A DNA stretch of 64,000 nt. It comes from Vicugna vicugna (taxonomy: Eukaryota). Below, in pieces: positions 62,946-64,000 of this stretch. Every line of letters starts with the position of its first letter. Position 1 is the stretch's first letter. Location of the stretch: positions 752,870-816,869 of the forward strand of contig MU058103.1 in NCBI GenBank assembly GCA_013265495.1, read 5' to 3'. The position numbers and the translations under genes were made by a program. The notes under the pieces are model-generated. The model was not told the origin of the DNA. It saw only the letters and a list, made by a program, of their open reading frames with translations, and searched no databases.

Positions 62946-63409
62946 GGACACAAGAACATAAAGTGTCTTATGTGCTTTGCTAAGGAGTTACAAGTTTTCC
63001 ATGGAAAGTACAAGTTAGTGAATCCTGCAGTTGTATCTCTATCTCCCTGTACAACCTAAGTTATTTTATAGGCAATTCTTTCTGATTCTTCTGTGTATCA
63101 GCGTGGATAATCCCTTGCTGTGGTAATGTGCTTCAGTGCTACCAGAGATTTATAGATTTTTGAATGGTGATCAAGATCATTAATTAGATTGGCAGCTTCT
63201 TGAAGCAAATGCATTCTTTCTTTTGATCCTTATTCTTGAAATTGCTGCATGACTAGTCAATATTAATAAAGGGATCATCCTGTCTCTTTTCTGAAATCTT
63301 GTGAATTAGTAAGAATTTCTAATGGACTTGCCCCAAGATTTTATAACCATAACTGTTATAGAGGTCATATTAATAATGAGCACAATACGATAGAAATAAG
63401 TCAAATCAG

Positions 63410-63640
63410 CCTTTATTGAGCATTTACTGTATCTAAGACACTGTATTAAGTATACAGTACCTTTTTGAATCCTAGCATGTGCCTCATATGTAATGTCTAC
63501 TTACTAACCCCATTTTATAGTTGAGGGACTACAGACCTCGAGAAACCGAACGCCTCTTTAAGATTATACCTAAGGAGTGGCAAAGCAGAAACTCAAACTC
63601 AAGAATTTTGACTTCAGAGTTTAGCCATTATGCTATACTG
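63410..63640 (-). mobile_element. MIR SINE
   Basis: tttattgagcatttact..ccccattttatagttgagggact..gcagaaactcaaactc. Confidence 0.8.
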
Positions 63641-64000
63641 TTTCTCAAGCCTTCCCAAACATCCTTCAAGTTCAGTGAAAGTCCATTTGCCTGTTTTTAT
63701 GTTGATGAGTTAAAGAACATTCAGGCAATCAAAGAGAAATGGCATTTTATTTGCATAGTTGATGAGAACAACAACAAAAATCTAAGATCTGTTTGTTTAA
63801 AATGCACATATTTTGTTGTTTACTTTAAAGAGGTTTGTGATTGTCATGAAAGACTGCTCCCTTTTTTCTCAGTCCTCGATTCTCTTTGAGAGAATCTACA
63901 CTGAGAGATGAAAGCAACCTTAAAAAGAAGCTCACTGTGAAAGATCAAGAGTGGCATTTAATCATTTAATCAGCAATTATTTATTGCAACCTCTTCTCTG

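Noticed and set aside
1..64000. Assignment of a host gene or a novel multi-gene system
   Set aside because: No recognisable non-transposon coding sequence; the short ORFs are what repeats and chance predict.

Overview
Mammalian (eutherian) AT-rich, non-coding genomic DNA, either intron or gene desert. I found no protein-coding exon, tRNA, rRNA or CRISPR array that I can support. The recognisable content is interspersed repeats: many MIR and L2 relics, several L1 pieces, MaLR (MLT1) and MER21 solo LTRs, MER5/MER20/MER33/MADE2 DNA-transposon MITEs, and microsatellites. A short young L1 3' tail resembles camelid L1 as I recall it, and no Alu, B1, Bov-tA/BovB, PRE1 or CanSINE is evident, so a camel/alpaca source is my inference. 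The most notable observations are: a 25-nt tailless U6 retrocopy with a perfect 15-bp TSD; a young L1 ORF2 that breaks mid-RT (possible 5' inversion); a degenerate RTE-clade LINE fossil; an unexplained 32-bp direct repeat 1.36 kb apart; a CpG-rich patch inside L2 relics; and two related L1s that keep both ends but lack kilobases internally. I did not find convincing evidence of a new biological system. Repeat family names are by-eye recognition and boundaries are approximate.
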